A stretch of 64,000 nt of DNA from Pseudobdellovibrionaceae bacterium (GCA_044359815.1 JBIKLL010000001.1:32001-96000), one strand, 5' to 3'. Counted from the stretch's first letter, positions 50,644 through 61,320 are shown. The notes: generated from the letters alone by a model not told the origin. Program-made: numbers and translations.

Positions 50644-51549
50644 TTAATATTTAAAGACTCTTTTCAGATAAAATCCCTTTTGTTGATCAAGACCCACTAT
50701 CGCCAGCAGTCTTCCTGAGGTCGATGATTGAATTTGCACAAATTCATCGTTTTTAGGATCAAATCCCCTGATCAATTCGGTTCTTAGAGTAGCTCCAATC
50801 TGACCGTTTTTTAGCAGCTGCTCTTCAAATCCAGAAACTTTAAAAACTTTAACATTGGGCAAGGCTTCTTCGATTTTAACATAGGCTTCTGTGTTAACCA
50901 GACTGCTGATTCCATGCAGATCATGCAAACTGATGGCTTTATCTAAATCAAAAGGCTCAGATGAAACCCTTTCCAAAGCTGTCATGGTTGCCCCACAACC
51001 CAGTTTTTTACCGATTTGGCTGACCAGAGATCTGATATAACTGCCTTTTGAACATGAAACTTCAAATTCAATAATTGGATTTTCAAAGTAGCTTATTTTT
51101 AAATCCCAAAATTTCATCACTTTTTTAGGAAGCTCAACTTCTTTACCGTCTCGAGCGTATTCGTAAAGCTTTTTGCCGTTTTTTTTGATGGCAGAATATA
51201 TTGGAACTTCCAGGTCGAAAGTTCCCTGCATAGACAGTATCGAATCTCTTATGGCTTCCTCTGATTCGGTAACGTCTGTTTCATTCACTACGTTCCCAGT
51301 CACATCGTAACTGTCAGTTTCAACACCCAACTGCATCCTGACCCAATACTTTTTATTTCCGTCAGTGATGTACTGAGATAATTTTGTCGCTTCACCACAG
51401 GTCAAAACTAATAATCCAGAAGCTATTGGATCCAATGTTCCGCAATGGCCGACTTCTTTAGTTCGTAAAATTTTTCTGACACCAGCAACAATATCATGAC
51501 TGGTAGGGCCAGCCTGTTTGTTCACCAATAACAAACCATTAAAATTCAT
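50644..51549 (-). CDS. truB: tRNA pseudouridine-55 synthase
   Basis: TSHD.V, GHCGTLDP.ASG, YSAIK..GKKLYEYAR, CSKGSYIRSL. Confidence 0.95.
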   Translation of the reverse strand: MNFNGLLLVNKQAGPTSHDIVAGVRKILRTKEVGHCGTLDPIASGLLVLTCGEATKLSQYITDGNKKYWVRMQLGVETDSYDVTGNVVNETDVTESEEAIRDSILSMQGTFDLEVPIYSAIKKNGKKLYEYARDGKEVELPKKVMKFWDLKISYFENPIIEFEVSCSKGSYIRSLVSQIGKKLGCGATMTALERVSSEPFDLDKAISLHDLHGISSLVNTEAYVKIEEALPNVKVFKVSGFEEQLLKNGQIGATLRTELIRGFDPKNDEFVQIQSSTSGRLLAIVGLDQQKGFYLKRVFKY

Positions 51550-51557
51550 AGGATTTC

Positions 51558-51917
51558 CTACTGTGGGTTGGGTGAATGGATCTGACTCAATAGTGATTCA
51601 ATTTTTAGAATGTATTCAGTCGTCTCGTCAGAGTGAAAACTCAATACGGGACAATACCGCATCGGGAGTTCTTTAGACAGATGTCTTTGAATCTGAACTC
51701 TTTCATCATTAATAGCTCCAAGGCTAGTTTCTAAATCTTCAGCACTTCCTAAAACGCTAATGAAAACCCTTGCTGATTTGAGATCACCTGGCATCTTAAC
51801 TTTTGAAACTGTCACTATGCCCTTTAAAGGCAGTCGGCAACCTCGTAACAGATAATTAGCAACGATCTGTTGCACTTGGCTTTCAGCCTGTTGTACGCGT
51901 TTTGAATCTTTTTGCAC
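51558..51917 (-). CDS. rbfA: Ribosome-binding factor A
   Basis: VTV..V....DLKSARVF.S, MRY.P.LSF..D; between infB and truB. Confidence 0.88.
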   Translation of the reverse strand: MQKDSKRVQQAESQVQQIVANYLLRGCRLPLKGIVTVSKVKMPGDLKSARVFISVLGSAEDLETSLGAINDERVQIQRHLSKELPMRYCPVLSFHSDETTEYILKIESLLSQIHSPNPQ

Positions 51918-51966
51918 GCAAACCTCTTTTAAGAAAGTTTTAAATCACTGATCTAATCTTTTAAAT

Positions 51967-54690
51967 TTATAATCCCAGTTCTTTGGCGACTTCTTCCTTT
52001 ACAAAAGTTTCAATCACATCGCCGACTTTAACATCGTTAAAGTTCTCAATACCGATACCGCACTCAAAGCCCTGTTGAACTTCCTTGGCATCATCCTTAA
52101 ATCGTCTCAGTGATGAAATCTTACCTTCGTAAACAATTTTTCCGTCACGAATAAGTCTAGCCAAGTTAGATCTCTGAATCTTTCCATCCAGTACGGCACA
52201 ACCAGCAATGGTTCCGATTTTTGGAACACCAAAGGTGTTTCTGACTTCGGCTCTACCCATGACTTTTTCAACCACATCTGGAGTCAACAGACCCTGCATG
52301 GCTTTTTTCATTTCATCCATTAACTCATAAACAATGGTGTAAGTCCTAACATCAACCCCAAGACGTTTAGCCTCTTGCGAGCCGCCACCGTCTGGTCTGA
52401 CATTGAACCCAACCACAATTCCCTTGGCCGTGGACGCCAACAAGACATCTGATTCTGTGATCCCGCCGACTGCTGAATGTATGATTCTGACTTTAACTTC
52501 AGGTGTTGATAATTTAGAGAACATGCCCTGAATGGCTTCCAAAGATCCCGCAACGTCGGCTTTCAAAATAACCGATAATTCTTTGACGTCACCTTGTTTG
52601 ACCTTAGAAAAAATCTCCTCAAGGGACATTTTAGTAGTCACTGTTTTGTCTTTAAGAATTTTTTCTCTTCTCATTCTGACCGCTTCTTCGGCTGTTTTTT
52701 CGTCAGCGACAATATCAAATCTGTCACCGGCAGCCGGCACGTCGTCTAATCCCAACAAGGCCACAGGTGCTCCTGGAAGAGCTTCGTTTACTTTTTCGCC
52801 CCTATCGTTTGTAAGACTTCGAACTTTACCTTTACAAATCCCAGCAACTACAAAATTTCCAACCCTTACAGTTCCATCTTTGACCAGCAATGTGGCCACG
52901 GGTCCTCTGCCTTTTTCCAGTTTGGACTCGATCACGATTCCAGTACCTGGCAATGAAGGACTTGCTTTTAAATCAGAAACTTCGGTAACCAACATGATTT
53001 GCTCAAGCAATTCATCTATCCCTGTTTTCTTAACAGCAGAGACGTTCACAAAAATCGTTTGTCCGCCCCATTCCTCGGGAACAATTTCGTATTCAGTTAA
53101 TTGTTTTTTAATTCTATCAGGATTTGCGCCTGGCTTATCCATTTTGTTAACTGCAACTATTATTGGAACATTGGCAGCTTTGGCATGACTGACGGCTTCC
53201 ACCGTCTGAGGCATAACACCATCGTCAGCAGCAACAACAACAATTGCAATGTCAGTTACATTGGCACCACGGGCACGCATGGAAGTGAAAGCTTCGTGAC
53301 CGGGAGTATCTAGAAATGTGATTACAGAGCCATCATCCCGCTTAACCTGGTAGGCACCGATGTGCTGAGTGATACCACCGGCTTCTCCGGCTGCAACCTT
53401 GGCATTTCTGATTGCATCTAATAATGAAGTCTTACCATGATCCACGTGTCCCATAACGGTGACAACTGGAGGTCTTAAAACCTTTTCTACGTTTTCTGAC
53501 TGAGTGGTCTTGGCAATTAATTCTTCGGCTGTTTGATAAACGTTTTGTGCTTCGAAATGAAAATCCTGAACTATCAATGCAATGGTATCAAAATCCAACG
53601 AGGTATTAATCATCGCCGTGACACCATTTTTCATCAATACTTTGATCAGCTCAGGGGCTTTAACTCCCATAGCGACAGCTAAGTCAGCCACTTTCATGGT
53701 TTGATTGACTTTAACTATACGTTTTGAGGCCTTGGGTTTTGTAATCTGTGTTTGCATGGCAGGCCTGCTGAGAAGATTTTTTTTCTTCTTGGGTTGAAAG
53801 ACCATTTCGCGCTTTCTGAATTCAGAAGCATCAAAGTGCTGTAATGCACCTTCTTCAGCGGGCTTTGCTGGGCCACCTTCATTCAGTGTTTTAACCCTTC
53901 GCTTGTCATCTTTCCGTTTTGAATAATCATCTTCTTCTGCAGGAACCTCGGGCACTGTGGGTGCTGCCTGAAAAAATCCGGCTCTAACGTGGCCCTTAGG
54001 TCGGTTGCCACCAGCCTGAGGTGCTGGGCCCCTGCGGTCCTTTGATTGTTGGCTACCAGCAGGTGCTGAAACCCGACTTAAATCCATTCTGCCGATAATA
54101 TTTCTCTTTTGAACAGGAGCATCACTGGAAATTCCACTGGCTCCGATTGCGACTTCTTTCTTACGAGCAGGAGTCGCAACTTTTTTCTCAGGTTCTTCAG
54201 CGGCTGCAGGTTTAACTGACTTTTCAACAGTTTTTTCTGCAGGCTTTAAAACCTCTTCAACCTTTTCAACAACTTCAGCTGGCTGAACTGCAGCTTCAAC
54301 AACTTCAGGTTTTACCTCATCAGTTTTTGCTTTTCTGCGAACAACAGTGGATGCGGATATTGCATCAACTGCCTTGGCTGCCGTTTTAGTTACTGTTTTT
54401 GCAACGGGAGCCACAGGTTTGGCTGCTGGGGCTTTGGTAGCTGCCGTTTTTACGGCCGCTTTTTTAGCAGGAGCCGCTTCAGTTTTTTTGCGAGTGGCTG
54501 TTTTTTTGGCCCCAGAATCTTTTTTAGTATCTGATCCTTCCAATTTTTCTTTAAGCGCCGAAAGCAACTCAGGCTCCAATTCAGCCATATGAGATTTAAC
54601 CGGCAATTTCCACTCTCTGATTTTTTCCATCAGTGCCAGCGGAGTCATACCGATTTCTTTAGCGTATTCAAAAACCTTTGGATTAGACAC
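51967..54690 (-). CDS. infB: Translation initiation factor IF-2
   Basis: RPPVVTVMGHVDHGKTSLLD, DTPGHEAF, NKMD, SLRRFKDD. Confidence 0.98.
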   Translation of the reverse strand: MSNPKVFEYAKEIGMTPLALMEKIREWKLPVKSHMAELEPELLSALKEKLEGSDTKKDSGAKKTATRKKTEAAPAKKAAVKTAATKAPAAKPVAPVAKTVTKTAAKAVDAISASTVVRRKAKTDEVKPEVVEAAVQPAEVVEKVEEVLKPAEKTVEKSVKPAAAEEPEKKVATPARKKEVAIGASGISSDAPVQKRNIIGRMDLSRVSAPAGSQQSKDRRGPAPQAGGNRPKGHVRAGFFQAAPTVPEVPAEEDDYSKRKDDKRRVKTLNEGGPAKPAEEGALQHFDASEFRKREMVFQPKKKKNLLSRPAMQTQITKPKASKRIVKVNQTMKVADLAVAMGVKAPELIKVLMKNGVTAMINTSLDFDTIALIVQDFHFEAQNVYQTAEELIAKTTQSENVEKVLRPPVVTVMGHVDHGKTSLLDAIRNAKVAAGEAGGITQHIGAYQVKRDDGSVITFLDTPGHEAFTSMRARGANVTDIAIVVVAADDGVMPQTVEAVSHAKAANVPIIVAVNKMDKPGANPDRIKKQLTEYEIVPEEWGGQTIFVNVSAVKKTGIDELLEQIMLVTEVSDLKASPSLPGTGIVIESKLEKGRGPVATLLVKDGTVRVGNFVVAGICKGKVRSLTNDRGEKVNEALPGAPVALLGLDDVPAAGDRFDIVADEKTAEEAVRMRREKILKDKTVTTKMSLEEIFSKVKQGDVKELSVILKADVAGSLEAIQGMFSKLSTPEVKVRIIHSAVGGITESDVLLASTAKGIVVGFNVRPDGGGSQEAKRLGVDVRTYTIVYELMDEMKKAMQGLLTPDVVEKVMGRAEVRNTFGVPKIGTIAGCAVLDGKIQRSNLARLIRDGKIVYEGKISSLRRFKDDAKEVQQGFECGIGIENFNDVKVGDVIETFVKEEVAKELGL

Positions 54691-54725
54691 TCATTCTCCT
54701 TTTACTGTGTTTTTCAATGTTGTAA

Positions 54726-56114
54726 CTATTCTCTGTCCCCAGATTCTAATTTTTCAAGTTCTTGTTTTAATCTGAGGTCTGCCTGTGATTTAGCATCAGA
54801 AGCAGTTTTCGTAGCTTGCGCAGCTGGGGAAATCGGAACTGGAATCCCCTCTTTTTCGTATTTTTCAACAACAGATTTTGCGTCTTGAATCAGCTTTTCA
54901 GCTTTTTCAGGATTGTCATAACCTGGGATGGTTAGAACTTCTTCGGCCGCAGCTTCAGCTACAGATTTAAAGCTTCCAAATCCTGATTGAAAAATATTTT
55001 GAGCCATAGTTTCGCTCATACCTGGGATCAACATCAGATTAAAAATAGATTCAGCGGTTCTAGAAGAGGCTGCAGATTCAGAGATAATATCAATCTTCCA
55101 ACCCACAAGCTTTGATGCCAAGCGAACATTTTGACCTTTTTTACCAATGGCCAAACTGAGCTGACTGTCAGGAACGACGACTTCAAGCTCTTTGTTTTCT
55201 TCATCCAAAAAGACCCTTGAAATTTCAGCGGGTGCTAAAGCATTGCAAGCAAATCTTGTGACGTCCTCATCCCATGGAACGATATCAATTTTTTCACCAC
55301 GTAATTCTTGAACTATATTTTGAACCCGGGTTCCCTTCATACCAACACAAGCGCCCACCGGATCAACTGATTGATCTTTGGTTTTCACAGCGATCTTTGC
55401 TCTTTGCCCAGGTTCTCGGGCAGCAGCCATGACCTCGACGATGCCTTCGTAAATTTCAGGAACTTCCATTTCAAATAATTTAATTAAATATCTTTCATCG
55501 GCTCGGGACATGATAATCTGAGGCCCCTTGGTGGTTTGTCTAACCTCAGACAAATAACCCTGAATTCTGTCGCCCGGTTTGTACACTTCTCCAGGTATTT
55601 GTTCACGTGGCGGAATGTAGGCCTCTGTTCGCCCCAAATCCACAACGATGGCTCCTCTTTCAACCCGTCTGGCGATGCCGGAAGCAATTTCACCCTTACG
55701 TTGTTCAAACTCATTAAAAATAATTTCTCGCTCAGCATCCCTGACCTTTTGCAAAATGATTTGCTTGGCCGTTTGGGCTGCGATCCTTCCCAAGTCACCA
55801 CTTTCCAACTTTATACCAATTGAATCACCCAACTGAGCTGCGGGATCCAACTTTAAAGCGTCATCCATTGTGATTTCGACTTCTTCATCAACAAAGGCTT
55901 CTTTGGTAACGACTTCTTTGTATTCAAACAATTCCACTTCACCACTGTCTTCGTTGTAAGAAGCTTCGATGTCGCGGTAAGTTCCGTATTTTTTGCGAGC
56001 GGCAACCAACATACCCTGTGTCACGGCCTCAACCACAACCTGGCGGTCGATACCTTTATCTTTACCAACCTGTTCAATCACTCGCGCCAATTCTGAAAAC
56101 ATATTTTCTGCCAT
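54726..56114 (-). CDS. nusA: Transcription termination factor NusA
   Basis: GRIAAQTAKQ, EVPEI, DPVGACVG, LSLAIGKKGQNVRLA. Confidence 0.97.
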   Translation of the reverse strand: MAENMFSELARVIEQVGKDKGIDRQVVVEAVTQGMLVAARKKYGTYRDIEASYNEDSGEVELFEYKEVVTKEAFVDEEVEITMDDALKLDPAAQLGDSIGIKLESGDLGRIAAQTAKQIILQKVRDAEREIIFNEFEQRKGEIASGIARRVERGAIVVDLGRTEAYIPPREQIPGEVYKPGDRIQGYLSEVRQTTKGPQIIMSRADERYLIKLFEMEVPEIYEGIVEVMAAAREPGQRAKIAVKTKDQSVDPVGACVGMKGTRVQNIVQELRGEKIDIVPWDEDVTRFACNALAPAEISRVFLDEENKELEVVVPDSQLSLAIGKKGQNVRLASKLVGWKIDIISESAASSRTAESIFNLMLIPGMSETMAQNIFQSGFGSFKSVAEAAAEEVLTIPGYDNPEKAEKLIQDAKSVVEKYEKEGIPVPISPAAQATKTASDAKSQADLRLKQELEKLESGDRE

Positions 56115-56124
56115 AAACTTTCCT

Positions 56125-56655
56125 TTAGTTTAATTTCTTCTTTGGTTTTTTAGTCTCTTTAAAGTCAAAAACTAACTTTGCCTTTTCAATCGCTTTAAGT
56201 GGAATTTTGATCTTCTCTACTTCAAAACGTATTTCAACTTTGCCTTCAACCACAGCTTCAATAAAACCATTGAGCTGTTTAGAATTTTTATTAACTTCCT
56301 GAGCTTCAATTCCCAATTGTTCAATACTCTGGTCCAACTTAAGCCAAATCTTTTGACCCACTGCCTTTTCAAAGTGCCATTGCTTTTTTAAGCGGCGATC
56401 CAACCCAGGTGAAGACACTTCCAAGTGATAATTACCCCCAGGTATTGTGTCTTCAACATCCAACAGCAAATTCAAACCTCTTGAAACCCTCGCGCAATCT
56501 TCGACCCCTATCCCACCTTCGCGGTCAATGGTCACCCTTAAAGTTCGACCCTGACCCAAACTCAAAAATTCGATGTCATATAAAACGCAGCCCTCGCGTG
56601 AGGCCACTTGATCTGCTAATTCTTCGATTTTCTTTATTGTTTCTTCTTTTAACAA
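56125..56655 (-). CDS. rimP: Ribosome maturation factor RimP
   Basis: LRVTID, DC..VSR, Y.LEVSSPGLDR.L; TTG start at 56655 inferred from AGGGA SD. Confidence 0.93.
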   Translation of the reverse strand: MLKEETIKKIEELADQVASREGCVLYDIEFLSLGQGRTLRVTIDREGGIGVEDCARVSRGLNLLLDVEDTIPGGNYHLEVSSPGLDRRLKKQWHFEKAVGQKIWLKLDQSIEQLGIEAQEVNKNSKQLNGFIEAVVEGKVEIRFEVEKIKIPLKAIEKAKLVFDFKETKKPKKKLN

Positions 56656-56670
56656 AATGTTCCCTGCACC

Positions 56671-56698
56671 AAAAAAAAGTGGGCTGTCTCCAGCCCAC
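56671..56698 (-). promoter_or_regulatory. rimP leader terminator-like hairpin
   Basis: GTGGGCTG-GAGA-CAGCCCAC followed by T8, just upstream of rimP; resembles the known rimP leader. Confidence 0.75.
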
Positions 56699-56742
56699 CC
56701 AAGGGCCATTGGATACCAATCTTCATGAGTCTAAGCAAGCAC

Positions 56743-57177
56743 TTACAATCTAAAGTTCATTAATACGGCCGATTGACCATCAGAGTAGTAAGATTTTCTT
56801 TCGCCCACTTTCACAAAGCCTAAATTTTGATAAAAAATCTGAGCTCCCGTATTAAGCACATGCAGTTCAAGCCAGACTTCATCAATAGCATCTAAGTTTT
56901 TGATTATACTTAAATATTGTTCAAAAATAGCCTTGCCAATCCTCTGCCTTTGACACTGGGGATTGACTGCAAATGCCAAAATCTCGCTGACCTTATCTTG
57001 CAACGAGTAGATGACGAATCCTTTTATAAACTGATCCCAAAAAACCAGGCATTTTTGTTTCTTCAACCAAGCCCTTAAGGTGATTTCGCTCCAGTCTGAA
57101 GCCGGCGAGTTCAGAACCTGGGCAATCTTAAGAATTTCATCGGTGTCTGAAGGCTTAAAACTACGGATTGTTATCAA
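56743..57177 (-). CDS. RimI-like GNAT acetyltransferase
   Basis: EIL.FAV.P..QR..IG, WLE....N..A..FY..LGF..VG.RK.YY.DG..A. Confidence 0.8.
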   Translation of the reverse strand: MITIRSFKPSDTDEILKIAQVLNSPASDWSEITLRAWLKKQKCLVFWDQFIKGFVIYSLQDKVSEILAFAVNPQCQRQRIGKAIFEQYLSIIKNLDAIDEVWLELHVLNTGAQIFYQNLGFVKVGERKSYYSDGQSAVLMNFRL

Positions 57178-57808
57178 GATTTTTAACCTTGTATTTGCGC
57201 TTTAAAACCTCAAACCAATCCTTTAGCTTTTCCTGGGTTTGCTCTTGTCTTAAAAATTCCTTAATTGTGCCTTTAACTTGGTCATAGGGCAAACCGCTGA
57301 ATTTAACCTGATTTCTTTCATAATAACTGCGCCCCTCTTCATCAGAAATAACCTGATTGGCAGTTTCGGCCTTAAATTTTAAAAAGGCCCGAGTCCTGTA
57401 TTTTAAATTAATAATGGATTCGACCTCGGATTCTTCGACTTCCAAATCCTTCCAGGCCTCAATGGGCTTTAAAATAGCAATGGCTTTTTTAGATTTGTCT
57501 TTGATGATTTCCTTTTCAATGTGAGCCACTGAAAAATTCTCGGCCTCTTCATTGACCATCATTTCTAGCATTTTTTGATTGAGTTGTTTTTTAAAAGGCT
57601 CTGATTGCTCATCCAGCCCCCAACCCGTTTTAGGTATTTTATTGACCGGAGTGTTTTCAAAAGTCAGAGCTTTATCAATATAAAAACTGATTTTAACCTG
57701 TCTGGATGTGATCACGTTTTTACCCACAACACCCACAGATCGGGTCACTATTTTTGCCTGGGCAGACAGGGCTCCAAAAAACAAAAGGCCTGATAAAATA
57801 AATTTCAT
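57161..57808 (-). CDS. Hypothetical secreted protein, SurA/PrsA N-terminal-like
   Basis: Signal peptide; V.R.VG.VG..VIT; YYE.N..KF; W...LKRKYKV end. Confidence 0.55.
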   Translation of the reverse strand: MKFILSGLLFFGALSAQAKIVTRSVGVVGKNVITSRQVKISFYIDKALTFENTPVNKIPKTGWGLDEQSEPFKKQLNQKMLEMMVNEEAENFSVAHIEKEIIKDKSKKAIAILKPIEAWKDLEVEESEVESIINLKYRTRAFLKFKAETANQVISDEEGRSYYERNQVKFSGLPYDQVKGTIKEFLRQEQTQEKLKDWFEVLKRKYKVKNLDNNP

Positions 57809-57846
57809 CAGGCCATTATGCCAAACTTTAAATATTTGTCACAACT

Positions 57847-58971
57847 TTAAAAAGTCGCCTTACCCACTATACCCAATACATAGTAATTGATTTTTTCAAT
57901 TGGGGTATCGTTTCTTAGATAAATCCTCTGATAAGACTGTTGAAAGCCTTTGTTCACACGGCTTGAAAGGTTGTACATGTATCTGAAATCAACGCCTAGT
58001 GAAAAACCTTTTGCAACATCTAAATCCAGACCCGTTACCAAACCAAAATCAATGGCTTGAGAAGACGTCGTATCGCTAGTAATAGCAAACTGCGTATCAG
58101 TAAATGATCTGTATGTGTAAGCCATCAAACCACCTAATACGGGCTTCAATGTGCCTTCAAAAAATCTGTACTTGGCAGCAATCGCGCCTTGGTACTGATT
58201 CATATCAGTGATTCTGGGAATGTATTCACCTGTGAACGGATCGAAGGCACCTTCACGTTGCTCAACCTGGTAGTTTGAGTAAATAAAAGAGCCTTCAACA
58301 TTCAAACCGCTCTCTGAGTTTTGCCCAACAGCAAATCCCATCGAATACTGGCCTCTTACGTTAATAGCATTTGGGTAATCCGACATACCAAACAAAGCAC
58401 CGACGTACATTTTTTTGGATTCAGACTCTTTTTCTGGCTTCATAGACGCAACAGTAGCTACGATTTCATTGTGAAGCATTTCTTTGTCTATGTGATTTTC
58501 TTTTTCTTCTTTAACAACAACTGGAGTTGCAACAACTACAGCTGGAGTATGAACAACTTCTTCGTTTTGAAACTTGTTGCCAAACAACCTTTCAGCACGT
58601 TTTTTCTCGTCTTCGATACGCGCCTGCTCTAGCTTTTCAACGATGCCTTGCTCAGTAGCAACTTCGGCATCTTGTCGGGCCTTACGCATTTTTTCAGCAC
58701 GGCTTTCAGTTAAAGGCGAAGCCTCTATATATGTAGTGGGCTGCTTTTGAACTCTCACTGTGCTTTCCTGAGTTTGACCTGACAATTGCGAAGGATTTGA
58801 TTGCACATTCACCTGAACTTGACTTGCCGCAGTTGGTGATTGAACCCTCGTTGATCTTTTGTTGGCATCATACATTTGATCCAACTCATTATTGATGTCC
58901 TCATCAAACGATTGAGCCAATGCCATAGAAAACGGCATCAACATAGTTATTAATAGAACTGATTGCTTCAT
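57847..58971 (-). CDS. Outer membrane beta-barrel protein with coiled-coil N-domain
   Basis: Signal peptide, coiled coil, C-terminal barrel strands ending in Phe; GAGGAG SD. Confidence 0.7.
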   Translation of the reverse strand: MKQSVLLITMLMPFSMALAQSFDEDINNELDQMYDANKRSTRVQSPTAASQVQVNVQSNPSQLSGQTQESTVRVQKQPTTYIEASPLTESRAEKMRKARQDAEVATEQGIVEKLEQARIEDEKKRAERLFGNKFQNEEVVHTPAVVVATPVVVKEEKENHIDKEMLHNEIVATVASMKPEKESESKKMYVGALFGMSDYPNAINVRGQYSMGFAVGQNSESGLNVEGSFIYSNYQVEQREGAFDPFTGEYIPRITDMNQYQGAIAAKYRFFEGTLKPVLGGLMAYTYRSFTDTQFAITSDTTSSQAIDFGLVTGLDLDVAKGFSLGVDFRYMYNLSSRVNKGFQQSYQRIYLRNDTPIEKINYYVLGIVGKATF

Positions 58972-59337
58972 AGAGATTCTCCTCTCAAAATATAAGGCAA
59001 CTTAACTCATTTTAACGCTTTTTGTCAATTTAATAACTTATTGAAAGTAGGGAACTATTTTATAAGAATTAAAAGCTGTAATTTGTATCAATTTCCTGTC
59101 AAAACAATGGTCAGTTTTGGCAGCACAAAGTGCAAATTGCCAAGGCTTTTCCAATCATTGATCTGAATCTTGGCAGTTTTCATGGAACCGGGATTTAAAC
59201 GCAACTGGCACAAAGGATTTGGGGACTGAAAAATATGAAACTTAGGCTGACACTGAAGTTTGCACAGGATATTTCAAAAAATCGCGTTAATTCTTGTAAC
59301 CTGGGACATTATGAATTTAAATCCGATTTCAATTTGT

Positions 59338-59423
59338 GGCCTTGTGGCGGAATTGGTAGACGCGCACGACTCAAAATCGTGTATCCTTCGGATGTGGGAG
59401 TTCGATTCTCCCCGAGGCCACCA
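59338..59423 (+). tRNA. tRNA-Leu (anticodon CAA)
   Basis: Acceptor GGCCTTG/CGAGGCC + ACCA; D-loop GGAATTGGTAGAC; anticodon arm CACGA-CTCAAAA-TCGTG; long variable arm; GTTCGATT. Confidence 0.96.
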
Positions 59424-60112
59424 TGTTAGCATTCTTTGTAAATCGAATATTTTTAGCTGCGTTTTTCCTGACAACAGTGCGGTTCATATTTGCAGGCTGC
59501 CTGATTGCTTTTAACCACTTAGGCTGGCTGACCGTAAACCAAGTCCCCATAGAAGAGCTTAAAGAACCTTTTTTTCACATTATGTTTATGGGATTTAGGT
59601 TTGATTTAGTTGTCGTTGGTTTTGCTTTTTCGGTGATTTGGCTTTTGTGGAATCCCGTTTTTATGGAATTTTTAAGGTCGTCAATTTTTTCGCTCACTAA
59701 TTTAATTTTTTCTTTCTTAGTGGGATTTATGGCTATTTTGTATGTTATCGGATTCACCTTTTTAATTCGGTATGGTTTTCACCCGCGAGAAGTGCTTTCG
59801 GCGAACACTTGGAATCACTTTTTTTATATTTCTGATTTTAATCCAATACAAATTACCAGTTTCATTTTGGTTGGTTTGATTTTAATGGCAGCTGCGACAT
59901 GGTATTCAAATGGCGGTTGGTATTCTGATGAATACGTAGACGTGCATTTTGGAAATTGGATAATCACTGGCATCGTTTTGTTTGTCTGCGCCCGTGGCAC
60001 TATTGGCACCCATCATCTGAGGCGCGAAGATTGCGAACTGACACAATCTAAAACAATCACAGAATTTTGTCTGAATCCAATTTGGACCTATGATAAACCC
60101 ATAAATCCCTAA
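59423..60112 (+). CDS. Membrane protein resembling the TM N-terminal part of LTA-synthase/sulfatase proteins
   Basis: Five TM helices, GFRFDL, ARGT, LNP motifs; no catalytic domain. Confidence 0.55.
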   Translation: MLAFFVNRIFLAAFFLTTVRFIFAGCLIAFNHLGWLTVNQVPIEELKEPFFHIMFMGFRFDLVVVGFAFSVIWLLWNPVFMEFLRSSIFSLTNLIFSFLVGFMAILYVIGFTFLIRYGFHPREVLSANTWNHFFYISDFNPIQITSFILVGLILMAAATWYSNGGWYSDEYVDVHFGNWIITGIVLFVCARGTIGTHHLRREDCELTQSKTITEFCLNPIWTYDKPINP

Positions 60113-60121
60113 GGAGGCAGC

Positions 60122-60829
60122 ATGATTTTTGAAGCTCTTTTTAAAGGATTTGTAGATGTGTTTCACCCAAAAATGCTTAAAAATCTTTTTTTATTTAGCA
60201 TTATTATGGTGGTCTTTTGGATTTTGACCAGTTGGTTTGCCAGCTCACAGATTGTTGATTTGCTGCAATGGCTTTCCCAGTATTTCACACGGTTTGAAAA
60301 GGAGCTGAATGAAGCCACACTGATGATTTCTGAAAATCAATGGGGGCTCAAGTTTGTAGCATTTTTTGTGCTGGGATTGATTCTGTCACCTGTGATCTGG
60401 CTACTTTCAACCATCGTATTTTCTGTGCTTTTAGTGCAGTGGTCAGTCAGTTTTTTGAAGAAGACTCATTATCCAGATATCCCTGCATCTGCATCGCTGA
60501 TTCAGCTCAGGTTGCTAAGAGCCAATTTGTACTACTTTGTTTTGCTGATTTTATTTTCACCGCTGTTTTTATTGCTGTATTTCTTCCCGCCTTTAGGCCC
60601 TCTGGTCGTAGCTGCCTGGAGCTCCTTTGTAACCGCAAAATTATTGGGTCAAGAAATGGAAATTGAAATGTTTGGCAGTGACCAAAAAAAACTGTTCAGT
60701 GACAAATTCACATCCCTGTTTTTTGTTTCATTTTTTATTTCTTTGGCAAGCCACATACCATTTGTGATTTTGATTGCACCACTTTGGCTCGCATTGTCGA
60801 TTGGACATATCTTAAAAAAAGCATCTTAG
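60122..60829 (+). CDS. EI24/CysZ-like membrane protein
   Basis: Multi-TM, HYP motif, IPFV..IAP; AAGGAGG SD. Confidence 0.6.
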   Translation: MIFEALFKGFVDVFHPKMLKNLFLFSIIMVVFWILTSWFASSQIVDLLQWLSQYFTRFEKELNEATLMISENQWGLKFVAFFVLGLILSPVIWLLSTIVFSVLLVQWSVSFLKKTHYPDIPASASLIQLRLLRANLYYFVLLILFSPLFLLLYFFPPLGPLVVAAWSSFVTAKLLGQEMEIEMFGSDQKKLFSDKFTSLFFVSFFISLASHIPFVILIAPLWLALSIGHILKKAS

Positions 60830-61320
60830 GATTTTTTGATTCTTTGCTTTACCGATAAATGCAGCTGAAATTCGGCAACCTTTTCAGTCATGCTTTTGCT
60901 GGGAACGATAGCATAAGAATGAAACAGTTTGGTTTCCCGTTGTTTGGTGTTGATGCAAAGATCGATCAGCTCCTCAACCCCTTGACCCTGTTCGCAAACA
61001 AAATAAACATCACCTTCTGCTCGCTTTAAAAACTGCGCTTGAAAATCCTTGAACAGAAAATCAACCTTGAGTTTTCTTCTTTGAATGATTTCGACAGCCT
61101 TAAAAGCAACACACAGCTCACCACCAATACACAATGCTCCAAAATACATCGCATTGAGATGGTTTTTAGTCTTTCTGGATAATGGAATCTTGATGATGGT
61201 TTTATCTGGCCCCAGTTCAATCACTGAAGGCTGAACCCACCAAATCAATGGCAGCTTCAAAAAAGTAAAAAATCGTAAAAAGGCTGTGGCTTTTAAACTG
61301 TCAAAATTAAATAAACTCAT
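60826..61320 (-). CDS. Hotdog-fold (DUF4442/PaaI-like) protein
   Basis: TKNHLNAMYFGAL, FLKRAEGDV. Confidence 0.8.
   Translation of the reverse strand: MSLFNFDSLKATAFLRFFTFLKLPLIWWVQPSVIELGPDKTIIKIPLSRKTKNHLNAMYFGALCIGGELCVAFKAVEIIQRRKLKVDFLFKDFQAQFLKRAEGDVYFVCEQGQGVEELIDLCINTKQRETKLFHSYAIVPSKSMTEKVAEFQLHLSVKQRIKKS

Noticed and set aside
52532..53188. Long antisense ORF in infB, and similar shadow ORFs across the gsp and act genes
   Set aside because: Antisense to well-supported genes; no recognisable motifs
59235..59514. Short ORFs overlapping 59338-59423
   Set aside because: They translate through the tRNA-Leu gene
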